DNA from: Capsulimonadaceae bacterium
Lineage (GTDB): Bacteria > Armatimonadota > Armatimonadia > Armatimonadales > Capsulimonadaceae
Direction: 5' to 3'
Length of the DNA: 64,000 bases
NCBI GenBank assembly: GCA_965215505.1
Contig: OZ244065.1
Coordinates: forward strand, 5,504,001-5,568,000
In this document: positions 29,195-39,755 of the stretch, one piece after another
Numbering within the stretch: position 1 is the stretch's first letter
Layout: each line of letters begins with the position of its first letter
Notes under the pieces: generated by a model
Database searches by the model: none
The model's input: only the letters and a program-made list of their open reading frames with translations
Told to the model about the DNA's origin: nothing
Position numbers and translations under genes: made by a program

Positions 29195-30661
29195 ATGACA
29201 TCTCGACTGGAAACTGAGGCGTTCAAAGACGAACGTCAGGACGCCGCGCGGCAGGAGGGGGAGCATGAGGAGCAGGCCCGCCGGACGCCGGAGGCGAACG
29301 GCGTTTTGCAGCCCGGCCCGAAGCCCGGCGCGTTCCGCGCCCTGCAAAACCGCAACTTCCGCATCTTCTGGGTCGGCCAGCTCATCTCCCTCATCGGGAC
29401 CTGGGCGCAGAATCTGGCCCAGGGCTGGCTGATCGTCCTGCTCGTGGACCCCGCCCTGCACCACGGCGGCGTGGCCTCTTTGCAAGCGGCCCAGGGCGGC
29501 CACTCCGCCGCCGTGGAGGCCACGGCGAACTTCTACTCCGGCTGGGTCAATTTCGCCGGCGGCCTGCCCATCTTCCTGTTCACCCTGCTGGCGGGCGTCG
29601 TCGCCGACCGCGTGGACAAGCGCAAGCTGCTCCTGGTGACCCAGAGCGGGCTGATCCTGACCGCCCTGTGCCTCGGCATACTGGCCGTGCGCGGGACGGT
29701 TCAGATCTGGCACGTCTTGTTCTTCGCCGCCTTGTCCGGGATCTTCGCCTCGTTCGACATGCCGACCCGGCAGTCGTTCATCGCCGAGATGGTCGGCAAG
29801 GAGGACCTGCCGAGCGCCGTCGCCCTCAACTCCAGTGTTTTCAATGCCGCCCGCGCCCTGGGGCCTGCCGTGGCGGGCCTACTGCTCAAGGTCGGCGTCT
29901 CCATCGGGGTCGCCTTCCTCGGCAACGCGACCCTCTCGCTCGCCGTCATCGCCGGCCTGCTGCTCATCCGCCTCCCGCCGCGCCCGACAGCGGGGGATGC
30001 GGCCAAGGCGGACAACACCCTGCGCGGCGTCTGGGAAAGCACGCGCGAGGGCTTCCAGTATGTCCGATCCACGCCCACGGTGCGGAATCTGGTCATCCTG
30101 GTCGGCTCGTTCGGCCTGTTCGCCTTCTCGTTCAACGTCCTCATCCCCGTCTTCGTCCGGTACACCCTCCTGCCGCATTCCTCCGACAAGGTCCAGGTCG
30201 CCGCCTTCGGCTTCCTGGAGACCGTGCGCGGGGTGGGGGCATTGGGCGGTGCCCTGACCGTCGCCCTGCTCGGCAACGCCCGTCGGCAGCGCAACATGCT
30301 GATGACCGGCAGCCTGCTGGCGACCGTCATCTTGATCGTCTTCGGCTTCTCGCGGACGCTCTGGCTGGCGTATGCCGCCATGGTCGTCGTCTCCTACGGC
30401 TTCGTCCTGTGCTTCGCCACCAGCAACACCCTGATGCAGCTCCATGTCCCCGACCGCCTGCGCGGGCGCGTGATGAGCATCTACACCCTGATGTTCATCG
30501 GCACCATCCCCTTTGGCTCCCTGTTCGCCGGCTGGCTCGCCGGGCTGACCAGCGCCTCGTTCACCATCGTCACCTGCGCCGTCATCTCGCTGCTGACCAC
30601 CCTCGTCGTCGCCTTCCGCCCCGGCGGCCTGCGCGACATGAGCGTGACGCCGAAGAAGTAA
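29195..30661 (+). CDS. MFS transporter
   Basis: RNFRIFWVGQLIS..GTW.Q, GVVADRVDKRK, PTRQSF, PDRLRGRVMS; about 12 TM helices. Confidence 0.93.
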   Translation: MTSRLETEAFKDERQDAARQEGEHEEQARRTPEANGVLQPGPKPGAFRALQNRNFRIFWVGQLISLIGTWAQNLAQGWLIVLLVDPALHHGGVASLQAAQGGHSAAVEATANFYSGWVNFAGGLPIFLFTLLAGVVADRVDKRKLLLVTQSGLILTALCLGILAVRGTVQIWHVLFFAALSGIFASFDMPTRQSFIAEMVGKEDLPSAVALNSSVFNAARALGPAVAGLLLKVGVSIGVAFLGNATLSLAVIAGLLLIRLPPRPTAGDAAKADNTLRGVWESTREGFQYVRSTPTVRNLVILVGSFGLFAFSFNVLIPVFVRYTLLPHSSDKVQVAAFGFLETVRGVGALGGALTVALLGNARRQRNMLMTGSLLATVILIVFGFSRTLWLAYAAMVVVSYGFVLCFATSNTLMQLHVPDRLRGRVMSIYTLMFIGTIPFGSLFAGWLAGLTSASFTIVTCAVISLLTTLVVAFRPGGLRDMSVTPKK

Positions 30662-30662
30662 G

Positions 30663-31544
30663 TCACCAGCGCAGGGCCGGCGGGAAGTACTCGGCGATTA
30701 GGTCCTCGTAGAAGGGCTTGAGCCGGGCCACATCAGGCTTGACTGGAGTCTTCGAGTACAGATCATACGGGTTGAAGGCGCGCACCCATCGGAACATCTC
30801 CTTGTCCCGGTCGTTCATCAGGTGCGCGTAGGCGCCCTCACGGTGGGCGGCGTAGAACGAGTGATACCGGATCATGTACAGGTTCTCCGGAGGCATATGG
30901 TCCTTGACCACCTGGTACAGATACTCATCATGGCCCCAGGAGAGGTGGACGCCGTCCAGGCCCGCCCCGGCTTCGTAGATGCCTTTGGCAGTCTGGTACT
31001 CGGCATTGCGGTCGTCCGGATTGAGGGCGAAGAACTCCGGAAAGACCACCTTGTCGCTGTAGGCGCAGCCGACCGGAAAGGTGTCGCCGACCACCGCCCA
31101 CTGCGGCTCGCCCCACAGGCACAGGATCTTGCCCAGGTCGTGGATCAGCCCGGTCAGGATGAACGGGCGCGGGTGGCCGTCGGCCCGAATCGCCTCCGCC
31201 GTTTGCAGCAGATGCTCGATCTGGGTCAGGTCCGTGTCCGGGTCGCTGTCGTCCACCAGCGTGTTGAGGAACTCCATCGCGTCCCAGATGCTCATGGTCG
31301 CCCTGGCTTTCGGCAGGTATTCCGCCTTCTTAGCCTGCACGAACGCGAACGTCTGCCCCTGGTGGTTGAGCCGGTAGAACTCCTTGACCGACGCCCGCGC
31401 TTCAGCGTCGTAGTCCCGGTATTCCCCCTCGGCCTTCTCGGGGGCGGCGTCCCGCCCCTCGTAACGCGCCTTCTGAAACTCCTCCAGTTCCTCGATCACG
31501 GCCGGGTTGCCGCCGACCGTGGTGTGTCCCGCTGTGTCTGTCAT
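30663..31544 (-). CDS. myo-Inositol oxygenase family protein
   Basis: [58 protein letters not shown]. Confidence 0.92.
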   Translation of the reverse strand: MTDTAGHTTVGGNPAVIEELEEFQKARYEGRDAAPEKAEGEYRDYDAEARASVKEFYRLNHQGQTFAFVQAKKAEYLPKARATMSIWDAMEFLNTLVDDSDPDTDLTQIEHLLQTAEAIRADGHPRPFILTGLIHDLGKILCLWGEPQWAVVGDTFPVGCAYSDKVVFPEFFALNPDDRNAEYQTAKGIYEAGAGLDGVHLSWGHDEYLYQVVKDHMPPENLYMIRYHSFYAAHREGAYAHLMNDRDKEMFRWVRAFNPYDLYSKTPVKPDVARLKPFYEDLIAEYFPPALRW

Positions 31545-31624
31545 CGCCTTCTCCTTTCGAGTGTTCTATCCCTTGTGCATTCCGCCTGCCACGTTTAAAA
31601 TTCCTCCCTTTTCACACTCCCAGA

Positions 31625-34600
31625 TCACCGAGGCGCGACCATCGGTTTCCGAATGACGAGCAGCCGGAAGTCGTGCTTGGCGATGCCCGGCACGCGCAAT
31701 GTGCCATTAGTCGCCGTCCAACTCTCCAAAGGCTTCTCCCAATTGACCGCCGTGAAGTCACTCGCCAGCCCCAGCCGCTTGGTGTCCAATGTCAGCCGCG
31801 CCTCGCCCCCGCCCCCGTAGTCCGTGACCAGGACTGCGACAGTGTCCTTGTTCTCGAAGGCGATCCAAGCCGAGTCCAGGCCCGCCACGGTCAGAACGGG
31901 CGAGTCATCCCAATAGTGGAAGGTGCGGCAGGCCGGTGTCCCGTAGCCCAGCCCGTAGAGGTAGTTTCGCACCTTGACGAACAATGGGTCGGCGTGGTAG
32001 ATGGCGATCTCGTGCGGCAGGCAGACGCCGACGCGCGTCCGCTCCACCCAGGCTTGTTTCGCCGGGTCGGTGACTTCCGTGATGCCCGGCAGGATGACCG
32101 GCATGTTGCCGCCCTGCCGGCCCAGCGAGGCGGCCTGGATGTAGTCGCGCGTGAACCGGTCCTGAAAGTCCGTCCCGCCGTACTGCATCTCCCAATCCAG
32201 GTCCATTGTCGTCCAACTGAAGACCGGAATGAGATAAGCGTTGGTCATGTGCGGCATCGTCAGGTTGCGCCGGCCCATCGCATGGAGCATGACGGCGGTG
32301 CGCCTGGCAAGGGCGCGCAGAAGCCAGATGTCGGTGTCGGGCTGGAACTGGCCGTCGGGGCGCGTGTAGCCGCCGCCCGTGACGGGGCTGGCGTTGTCGT
32401 AGATGCAGATGTTGTCGAAGTAGATGCCATCGAAGCCGTGACTCAGCAGCTCATGGTAGTAGTACAGCAGGTATTCCTGGCGGCTTGGAACGGGCGTCAG
32501 GGAGAAGTCAATGCTGCCCGCGACCGGCCCCGCCGCACGGTCATTGAAGTCCGTCCGTCGCCACTCGTCCTGATGGACCACCCATTCCGGCGTAGAGGTG
32601 ATGTCTCCGCGCAGGTTCGTGTAGGGGATGACGGCGGCGGCGTGTCCCACGCCCGACGCGGAGTTTACTTCGGCGCGGATGTCGGGGTTCCTGGCGAGAT
32701 AGGCGTCGAAGTAGGCCGCATCACGCTTGCCGTCTTTCTCTGCCGCCGCCAGCTTGCCAATCAGGGCGTAGTCGCGCCCGCGCGGGAAGACGCCGTAGAG
32801 GTCCGCGCCCCAATACATGCTCATGCCCAGCAGGCTCGTCTCGAATCTGCTCCCCGAGTCCACCCCGCGAAGTCGCCAGTCCGGGTCCGTCGGCATGGGT
32901 TTGACCGGTGTTGCTTGCAGCCCAAAGACGATGCGGCGCGGCGCGCTCCAGGCGGCCCGCGTCTGCACCAGACGAACGCGCAGGGCCAGCGTCCTGCCGT
33001 GTCGCTCCAATGCCAGCGCAGGATGCTTGCCGGACGGGTCTACGATCCAGTCTCGGTCATTGGAGGCGAACCAGACCAGGCCGCGCTCCGGGCCGCCCAC
33101 CCAGAGGTACGGCAGGAATGTCCCCAGGAGCTGATCGCGGGAGGCCGACGCGCTGGTCCAGACCGTTCCCTCGCCCTTGGGCACGAACCCGCCGTAGTTG
33201 GAGCGCAGGCCCTCCCCACAGGCGTGCATCAGCGGGGCGATGCCGTCTTTGAAGGGGATGACGAGGTCGAGCGAGTCGAGGGGCGTCTTCGTCGGGGCCA
33301 GAGTGAGCGTCACCTTCATGCAGCCGTCATAGTCGAAGATGCTGGTCGTCCGCCCGCGCAGCGTCCCCGCTTTCCACGCCGATGTCGCCGTGACGGACGT
33401 AGGCCGGGCTGGACCGAGGGTCAGCCTGGCCGAAACCGGGACCGGCTTGCCGCCCTGCCGCGCTTCCAGCCGCATCGGGCCGCTCAGAATGTCCGCGCCC
33501 AAGGCGTTCACCTGGGACCACAGCCCATTGTCCGCCATGACGTGCCGTCGCAGGATAGTGCCGACCGTGCGGCCCTGCACGGTCAGTGGCGTGAACGGTG
33601 GGATGACCACATCGTCCAGCCCGAGCCGGTTGCCTTTCCAGACGAAGTCCTGCTGGTGCGTGAACGGCAGGATGCGGATCGGCTTTGCCGCCAGCCTGTT
33701 GCCGTCCAGGAATAGGGCTGCCTCGTACTGCCCCGTCGCCAGCGTGGGCAGGACTATCTCACGCAAGGCCGAACCATCTTTGCCGACCGGCGATGACTGC
33801 TCGGCAACCGCCGTGTCCGCCCCTTTGGACCGCACCACCAGACGCATCTGATGGACGGCCTCTTTGCCGGTCAGCGCGGCAATGTTCGCGCGCCAGCGCA
33901 GACGGTGGTAGCTGGGATAGTAGCCGATGTCGAAGCGGGTCGCTTCTTGAGCGTTCGGGGTGGCGACCGCCTCCCATTCCGGCCCCGCCGGGTGCGTGTG
34001 CCACTTGAAGTCGCGGTGGTAGAGGATGCCGCCAGCCTGGTCTGTCACCAGGGCTTCGCCCAGGGCGGGGTAGTCATCCGGCGTGAAGAACGGCTTCCGG
34101 TAGACGACGGTCTGCGCCGCGCCCGGTGCCAGTGTCAGGTCGGCTTCCTGGAAATAGCGCGGCTGGTCCTGCGCGTTATAGCCCAGCCGCACATGGAGCG
34201 GCATCGGCTGGCCCGTCGGGTTGGAGAGCGTCAGTCCGACCGTCACCCCCTGCGCGTCCTGCACCGGCAGTTCCTCCACGACTGGGGCGGCGTCGGCGAA
34301 GCGGACGCGCCCCATCGTGTCGGGCGCTTCAAAGCCATGCACGCGCGGTTCCCACCGGGCCTGGTCCCACGGGGTCTTGTAGTCCCGGCAGACGCGCATC
34401 GCGAGCGGCAGGGTGGGGTCGGTGATGCCCAGGCTGGACAGGCTGAGGACGACCTCTGCCGTCCATTGGCCGTCCTTGACCGTGTGGGCCTGCCGCATGT
34501 CCGCGCGCCAATACTTCTGCGCGATCTTGTCCCGGTGGTTGAAACGCGCCTCGTAGAACGCCCCGTTCGGGTTGACCATGATCTGGAAATACTGCCCGCT

Positions 34601-35002
34601 GTCACTGCCGGGGCTGTTGTCCACCCAGAGTTCAACGGCGTCGTCAAAGACCACGTCCTGGTTCGCGTCCCGTTTGGCATATTTTGCGATTGTCCCCGCC
34701 GTCGGGTGAACGGCAGAGCGGACGGCGATATACAGGTTCTTGCGGTCGCAGCCGATCCAGAACTCGCCCGCCCGGCGCTCCAGCAGGTCCCCGTCCTGCG
34801 AGACGAACCGCGCCTGGTGCAGCGTATCCCATTCGCCCGGCGCGATCACGCCGTCAATGACCGGCGTCTTGGTGAGGAAGGGGAGAACGACAGTGGGCGT
34901 GACGGTCGGGACGTTGGTGCTGCCTGCGGCCCGCATTGCGCCGGACATTCCGAGAAGCAGCGCGGCGCAGAGCGCCGGAACCAGCCAGTGTGGACGCAAC
35001 AT
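31625..35002 (-). CDS. Large secreted protein: CBM9-like domain + putative glycoside-hydrolase-like (DUF6067-type) domain
   Basis: Signal peptide; PVIDG...EW, DDAVELWVD, FQIMVNPNG; DYDG.MK, FGLQATPVKP, GFDGIYFDN. Confidence 0.7.
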   Translation of the reverse strand: MLRPHWLVPALCAALLLGMSGAMRAAGSTNVPTVTPTVVLPFLTKTPVIDGVIAPGEWDTLHQARFVSQDGDLLERRAGEFWIGCDRKNLYIAVRSAVHPTAGTIAKYAKRDANQDVVFDDAVELWVDNSPGSDSGQYFQIMVNPNGAFYEARFNHRDKIAQKYWRADMRQAHTVKDGQWTAEVVLSLSSLGITDPTLPLAMRVCRDYKTPWDQARWEPRVHGFEAPDTMGRVRFADAAPVVEELPVQDAQGVTVGLTLSNPTGQPMPLHVRLGYNAQDQPRYFQEADLTLAPGAAQTVVYRKPFFTPDDYPALGEALVTDQAGGILYHRDFKWHTHPAGPEWEAVATPNAQEATRFDIGYYPSYHRLRWRANIAALTGKEAVHQMRLVVRSKGADTAVAEQSSPVGKDGSALREIVLPTLATGQYEAALFLDGNRLAAKPIRILPFTHQQDFVWKGNRLGLDDVVIPPFTPLTVQGRTVGTILRRHVMADNGLWSQVNALGADILSGPMRLEARQGGKPVPVSARLTLGPARPTSVTATSAWKAGTLRGRTTSIFDYDGCMKVTLTLAPTKTPLDSLDLVIPFKDGIAPLMHACGEGLRSNYGGFVPKGEGTVWTSASASRDQLLGTFLPYLWVGGPERGLVWFASNDRDWIVDPSGKHPALALERHGRTLALRVRLVQTRAAWSAPRRIVFGLQATPVKPMPTDPDWRLRGVDSGSRFETSLLGMSMYWGADLYGVFPRGRDYALIGKLAAAEKDGKRDAAYFDAYLARNPDIRAEVNSASGVGHAAAVIPYTNLRGDITSTPEWVVHQDEWRRTDFNDRAAGPVAGSIDFSLTPVPSRQEYLLYYYHELLSHGFDGIYFDNICIYDNASPVTGGGYTRPDGQFQPDTDIWLLRALARRTAVMLHAMGRRNLTMPHMTNAYLIPVFSWTTMDLDWEMQYGGTDFQDRFTRDYIQAASLGRQGGNMPVILPGITEVTDPAKQAWVERTRVGVCLPHEIAIYHADPLFVKVRNYLYGLGYGTPACRTFHYWDDSPVLTVAGLDSAWIAFENKDTVAVLVTDYGGGGEARLTLDTKRLGLASDFTAVNWEKPLESWTATNGTLRVPGIAKHDFRLLVIRKPMVAPR

Positions 35003-35055
35003 TCACCTCCGACTGCGGGCAGGAAAACCGGCCCGCGCCGCCGTATTGGGACGCC

Positions 35056-36048
35056 ATGAAACCAAAAGTCTTGTTCATCGGTGGCACCGGCATCATCAGC
35101 TCCGCCTGCACCGCGCTCGCCCTGGAAAAGGGGCTTGACCTGTACCTGCTCAACCGGGGCAAATCAACCCGCGCCGTTCCCGACGTGGCGAAGACGCTCA
35201 ACGCGGACATACGCGACCCGCAATCGGTCCGGGACGCCCTAGGCGATCATCAGTTTGACGCCGTAGTGGACTGGATCGCCTTCACGCCCGCGCAGATCGA
35301 AACCGACATCGAGCTGTTCCGTGGCCGGACGGGGCAGTTCATCTTCATCAGCTCGGCTTCGGTCTACCAGACGCCGCCGGCAAGCCTGCCCATCACCGAG
35401 TCCACCCTGATGGCAAACCCGTTCTGGGGCTACTCCCGCGACAAGATCGCCTGCGAGGAGCGCCTGATCCGCGCCTACCGCGAGGAAGATTTCCCCATGA
35501 CCATCGTGCGGCCCTCGCACACCTACGACCGGACCCTGCTGCCGATGACCGGCGGGTGGACGGCGATTGACCGGATGCGGAAGGGCCTACCTGTCATCGT
35601 CCACGGCGACGGCTCCTCGCTCTGGGTGATGACCCACCACAGGGACTTCGCCAAAGGCTTCGTCGGCCTGCTCGGCAACGCCCGCGCGCTCGGCGAGACG
35701 TTCCACATTACCTCCGACGAAACCCTGACCTGGAACCAGATCTATCAGGTCTTCGCCCACGCGGCGGGCGCGGAGGCGAAGATCGTGCCGGTCCCCTCCG
35801 TCAACCTCTCGGCCTTCGAGGGCATGGGCGGCGAGGGCCTGCTGGGCGACAAGACGCATAGCGTGATCTTCGACAACACCAAGATCAAGCGCTTCGTCCC
35901 GGATTTCGCCGCGACCATCCCACTGTCCTGGGGCGCGCACGAGGTCCTGGCCTGGTACGACGCCGACCCGGCCCGGCAGAAGGTGGATGAGGGCTTTAAT
36001 TCCCTGACCGACCGGATCATCGCCGCCCAGGAACAGGTGCGACCGTGA
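35056..36048 (+). CDS. NAD-dependent epimerase/dehydratase (extended SDR)
   Basis: VLFIGGTGIISS, FISSASVY, YSRDK, IVRPSHTY. Confidence 0.9.
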   Translation: MKPKVLFIGGTGIISSACTALALEKGLDLYLLNRGKSTRAVPDVAKTLNADIRDPQSVRDALGDHQFDAVVDWIAFTPAQIETDIELFRGRTGQFIFISSASVYQTPPASLPITESTLMANPFWGYSRDKIACEERLIRAYREEDFPMTIVRPSHTYDRTLLPMTGGWTAIDRMRKGLPVIVHGDGSSLWVMTHHRDFAKGFVGLLGNARALGETFHITSDETLTWNQIYQVFAHAAGAEAKIVPVPSVNLSAFEGMGGEGLLGDKTHSVIFDNTKIKRFVPDFAATIPLSWGAHEVLAWYDADPARQKVDEGFNSLTDRIIAAQEQVRP

Positions 36049-37113
36049 TCAGGCCGGGGATACCCCCGGCCCGATCTCGCCCCGGTCCAGCATCGAGTGG
36101 AACGCATTGTCGTCCTTCGTCAAAGGCAGGTCCACGCGGCCCCGGCGGCGGCTGGACTCGTAGGCGGCGAAGATGACTTCGGTGGAGCGAAGGGCGTTCT
36201 GCGCCGACAGCATGGACCCGCGCCCGGTTGCGAGCGAGTCCACCACGTCCGCGATGGCGCGCTCCACGGCGTCCGGCCCGTGCAGGTCGTCCGGCTGCTC
36301 AATGGTATGCCACCCGTTCGTTGTGGCGTTCATCAGGCGCACATGGGGCGCGTCCCCCCGGACCTCGATCATCCCCTCCGTCCCGATCAGCCGGTGGGCG
36401 GCCGGTTCATTCGAGTCCTTCCCCGTCGCGAGGAATGCCCGGACGCCGTTCTCGAACTGGAACTCGCACAGCCCTTGGTTTTCCATGGGGACGCCGAAGA
36501 TCTTGCGCTCCTCGCGGCTGTCTACCTGGCCCAGCACCCACTTCGCCGGGGCCTCGCCGTTGTAGAAAAAGAACATGTCCAGCCAGTGTGTGCCCCAGTC
36601 GTAGAGATCGCCGCAGTTGCCTTCAATCCGAATCAACTCCCCGACCGCGCCCGCCTGTATTTGTCCCCGCGCGGCCTGGAACGGCCCCAAGAACCGGCGC
36701 TGGTGGTTGAAGGTCAGCCGCACCCTGTTCTCCTCGCAGACGCGCGCCATCTCCTTCGCCTCGCCCCAGCTCGTCGCCATCGGCTTCTCGCAGTGGATCG
36801 CCTTCACCCCCGACCGGGCCGCCGCGATGGTCAGGGGCGCGTGCAGATGCGGCCAGGTGCAGACGCTGACGATGTCCGGCTTCTCCTCGGCCAGCATCTC
36901 CGCCGGGTCGCTGTAGACACGCGGGACGCCGTACTTCTCCGCGAAGAACCGCGTGGCCCCTTCGCTCGGGTCGGCGCAGGCGGCCAGGGTGCAGCGGCCC
37001 GTCCGCACATACCCGTCCGCGTGCTGGTGGGCCATGCCGAAGCCGGTCGCCCCCTCGCTCTTCCAGGGCTTGCCCACGCCGATAAATCCGACACGGTAGT
37101 TTGCGCCACTCAT
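36049..37113 (-). CDS. Gfo/Idh/MocA oxidoreductase
   Basis: VGFIGVG, DIVSVCTWPHLH, CEKPMA, NHQRRF, DWGTHWLD. Confidence 0.92.
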   Translation of the reverse strand: MSGANYRVGFIGVGKPWKSEGATGFGMAHQHADGYVRTGRCTLAACADPSEGATRFFAEKYGVPRVYSDPAEMLAEEKPDIVSVCTWPHLHAPLTIAAARSGVKAIHCEKPMATSWGEAKEMARVCEENRVRLTFNHQRRFLGPFQAARGQIQAGAVGELIRIEGNCGDLYDWGTHWLDMFFFYNGEAPAKWVLGQVDSREERKIFGVPMENQGLCEFQFENGVRAFLATGKDSNEPAAHRLIGTEGMIEVRGDAPHVRLMNATTNGWHTIEQPDDLHGPDAVERAIADVVDSLATGRGSMLSAQNALRSTEVIFAAYESSRRRGRVDLPLTKDDNAFHSMLDRGEIGPGVSPA

Positions 37114-37264
37114 CTTTTTGCCTCTCTTATGACCTAAACCCGTCCCGACCGTCCGGTCGGTTCACAATGCTTGCCGGACTGGTTCGCCCCGGCGCATTGA
37201 TTCTCCTGCCCGGAACTTTCACGACGCCGAATTCCGTTGAAGTCAAGGTACACTACTTACGTCA

Positions 37265-37615
37265 ATGACACGCTCCCGCTTCCACAAGCGTCTGCTCGCC
37301 CGCGCGACGGCCTGGCTACTCATCCTGATCTGCGGATGGATGGGGACCGACGGCGTCCTCCATCACACCGATGAGGGGACATACGCGCGCGCCGCCTCCG
37401 GCCTGCACCGGCCGACGGCTGCCATCCCCGCCGACTCCTGTGCCGCCTGCGAGTGGACCCAGGGGATGCAGACCGGCTCCCTCGCCGTCTGTCACGTCCA
37501 GTCGCCCCTTTTCGTCTTCAGGCCACAAACACAGCCCCTTCTGCGCCGGCTCGCCCGCCGCCCTGCCCGCCGAAGCTCCCCCCGCGCGCCGCCCGTCTGC
37601 CTCCTGAACTGCTGA
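37265..37615 (+). CDS. DUF2946-like leader protein with CxxC and C-terminal RAPP motif
   Basis: N-terminal hydrophobic segment, LHH, CAAC, PRAPP six residues from the end; directly upstream of a TonB-dependent receptor. Confidence 0.72.
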   Translation: MTRSRFHKRLLARATAWLLILICGWMGTDGVLHHTDEGTYARAASGLHRPTAAIPADSCAACEWTQGMQTGSLAVCHVQSPLFVFRPQTQPLLRRLARRPARRSSPRAPPVCLLNC

Positions 37616-37652
37616 TTTCCGCCCGCCCATTTGTTCCAGGAAGACCGTCCCC

Positions 37653-39743
37653 ATGTCACGACTCCCTTGCCGCGCGCTGGCGCTGGCCGCCGCCTGCCTG
37701 GCGGCCCTGACCAGCGCCGCGACCGCACAGACGCCGCCCGCACCTAACGCCGCGCCGCCCGTCGTCCCGAACAGCAACATCTTTGACCCGAACCGCGCCC
37801 CGATCATCGTCGTCCACATCGGCGCGCACCGGCTGGTCCTAGTGCCCCGAAATGTCGGCGGGGCGCAGGTCATCCACCTGAATGCCACCAGCAACAAGGC
37901 CGACCAGGATTTTTCGCACCTGATCACGTCCTCAGTCGCGGGCGCGGCGTCCAGTGCCAGTGGCGAGTTCCACGTTCGCGGCTCGCACGGCCAGTACACC
38001 TACTACCTCGATGGGGCACCGCTGCCCGAGTCGGTTTCCGGCTCGTTCAGCGACCTGATTGACCCCAAAAACATCGAAACCCTGCGCGTGCTGACCGGCG
38101 GCTTCCCCGCCCAGTACGGCAACAACCTCGCCGCCGTGTTCGACGTGTCGGCGCGGGCGGGGCAGCCCGGCCGTCCGCGCGGCTTCGCCGAGCAGCTCCT
38201 GGCGGGCTACCGGACATCGGAAAGCACCGTCCAGTTCGGCGGCGGCGCACCGCGCCTCCAGTACTACATCTCCGGCGTGCGGAACTTCACGAACCGCCGC
38301 CTGGACTCGGTGACGCAGGACCCGCTGCACGACGCCGGGGCGGATTCGGTCGCCTTTGGCAAATTCGACTATGAGGCGGGGGCGAACGACCGCATCATCC
38401 TGGACACTGCCCGCACCGACTCCTACCTCCAACTGCCGAACGATGAGTTGCAGCAGGCGGCGGGACGCGACGTGACCCAGCGCGAGGACGGCGACTTCGC
38501 CAACCTCATCTGGCGGCACACGCAGGGGTTGAACGGCGTGACCACCGCCCTTTACTCCCACCAGTCACGCCTGCGCTACAGCGGCGATCCCGCCGTTGAC
38601 CTCGCCGGGGCTACGGCGGCCACGCCGGACGGCGGCACCTCGCAGAACCCTGTACCGGGGACGCCCGCCAATCTGCCATCGTCGGCCTTCGAGAACCGCT
38701 ACGCAAACTATATCGGCCTGCGGACGGACGCCGCCACGCGCATCGCCGCCCGCCACAAGGTCGGCTACGGCTTCGACATCAGCACCGTGACCGGCGCGGA
38801 GAACTTCACCCTGCTGAACGCGACCGACAACGGCGATGGCACGACGGGAGTACAGACGATCCAGGACGAACACGCGCTCTCCGGGGGCGACCGCTCGGCC
38901 TACCTCCAGGATGATTGGACTCCGGGACGCACTCTGGTCAACTACGGCGTTCGCTATGACATCCACAAGACGGACACGACCACCTCGCAGCTCTCGCCGC
39001 GCCTGAACATGACCTACACGCTCAATGGCCGCGACAAACTTCATGCCTATTACGACCGCCTGTTCCAGCCCGCCCCCATCGAGGACATCCGGCACCTGGA
39101 CCCGAACGCGGTTCCCTTCAAACCCGAGCGCGACAACTTCTATGAGGTCGGCTACGCCCACGAGAACGGCGGCATCACGACCACCCTGAGCGGCTACTAC
39201 AAGACCGAGCAGGACGTGATTGACGAGAACATCATCGCGGGGACGCAGATCCGCGAACCGTTCAATGTCCAGAAAGGCTACGTCCGCGGCCTCGAAGTGG
39301 CTTTAGATGGGTCTCTGACGCGCGAGCTGTCGTTCTATGCCAACTACGCCCGCTCGTGGGCGCGGGCGGCGGGCGACTTCACCGGCGGCCTGGCCCCCGC
39401 CGGCGCACCCCCCGGCTACTTCTACGACGACCACGACCAGACCCACACGGCCTCGGCCGGCCTGGCCTACGCGCGGCGCGGCCAGACGATCAGCCTGGAC
39501 GGTGAGTACGGGTCCGGATTCCCTTACGGCCAGGATGCGAACGGCCTGCCCAACGTCTACCGCGTCCCCGCCCACTTTATCTTCAACCTCGAACTCGGCA
39601 CCCAGATCGGCCGGGGCCGGTTCGCCGTTTCCGCGCTGAACGTCCTCAACCACGGCTACGTCATCAAACAGGCCAGCCCCTTCAGCGACCGCGAGTGGGG
39701 CCAGGGCCGGACACTGGGCGTAAAATGGACGCAGAATTTTTAG
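37653..39743 (+). CDS. TonB-dependent receptor
   Basis: Signal peptide; plug HVRG...YYLDG..., GGFPAQYG; YGVRYD, LSPRL; C-terminal NVLN...GRT....QNF. Confidence 0.9.
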   Translation: MSRLPCRALALAAACLAALTSAATAQTPPAPNAAPPVVPNSNIFDPNRAPIIVVHIGAHRLVLVPRNVGGAQVIHLNATSNKADQDFSHLITSSVAGAASSASGEFHVRGSHGQYTYYLDGAPLPESVSGSFSDLIDPKNIETLRVLTGGFPAQYGNNLAAVFDVSARAGQPGRPRGFAEQLLAGYRTSESTVQFGGGAPRLQYYISGVRNFTNRRLDSVTQDPLHDAGADSVAFGKFDYEAGANDRIILDTARTDSYLQLPNDELQQAAGRDVTQREDGDFANLIWRHTQGLNGVTTALYSHQSRLRYSGDPAVDLAGATAATPDGGTSQNPVPGTPANLPSSAFENRYANYIGLRTDAATRIAARHKVGYGFDISTVTGAENFTLLNATDNGDGTTGVQTIQDEHALSGGDRSAYLQDDWTPGRTLVNYGVRYDIHKTDTTTSQLSPRLNMTYTLNGRDKLHAYYDRLFQPAPIEDIRHLDPNAVPFKPERDNFYEVGYAHENGGITTTLSGYYKTEQDVIDENIIAGTQIREPFNVQKGYVRGLEVALDGSLTRELSFYANYARSWARAAGDFTGGLAPAGAPPGYFYDDHDQTHTASAGLAYARRGQTISLDGEYGSGFPYGQDANGLPNVYRVPAHFIFNLELGTQIGRGRFAVSALNVLNHGYVIKQASPFSDREWGQGRTLGVKWTQNF

Positions 39744-39755
39744 GAGGAACACTCT

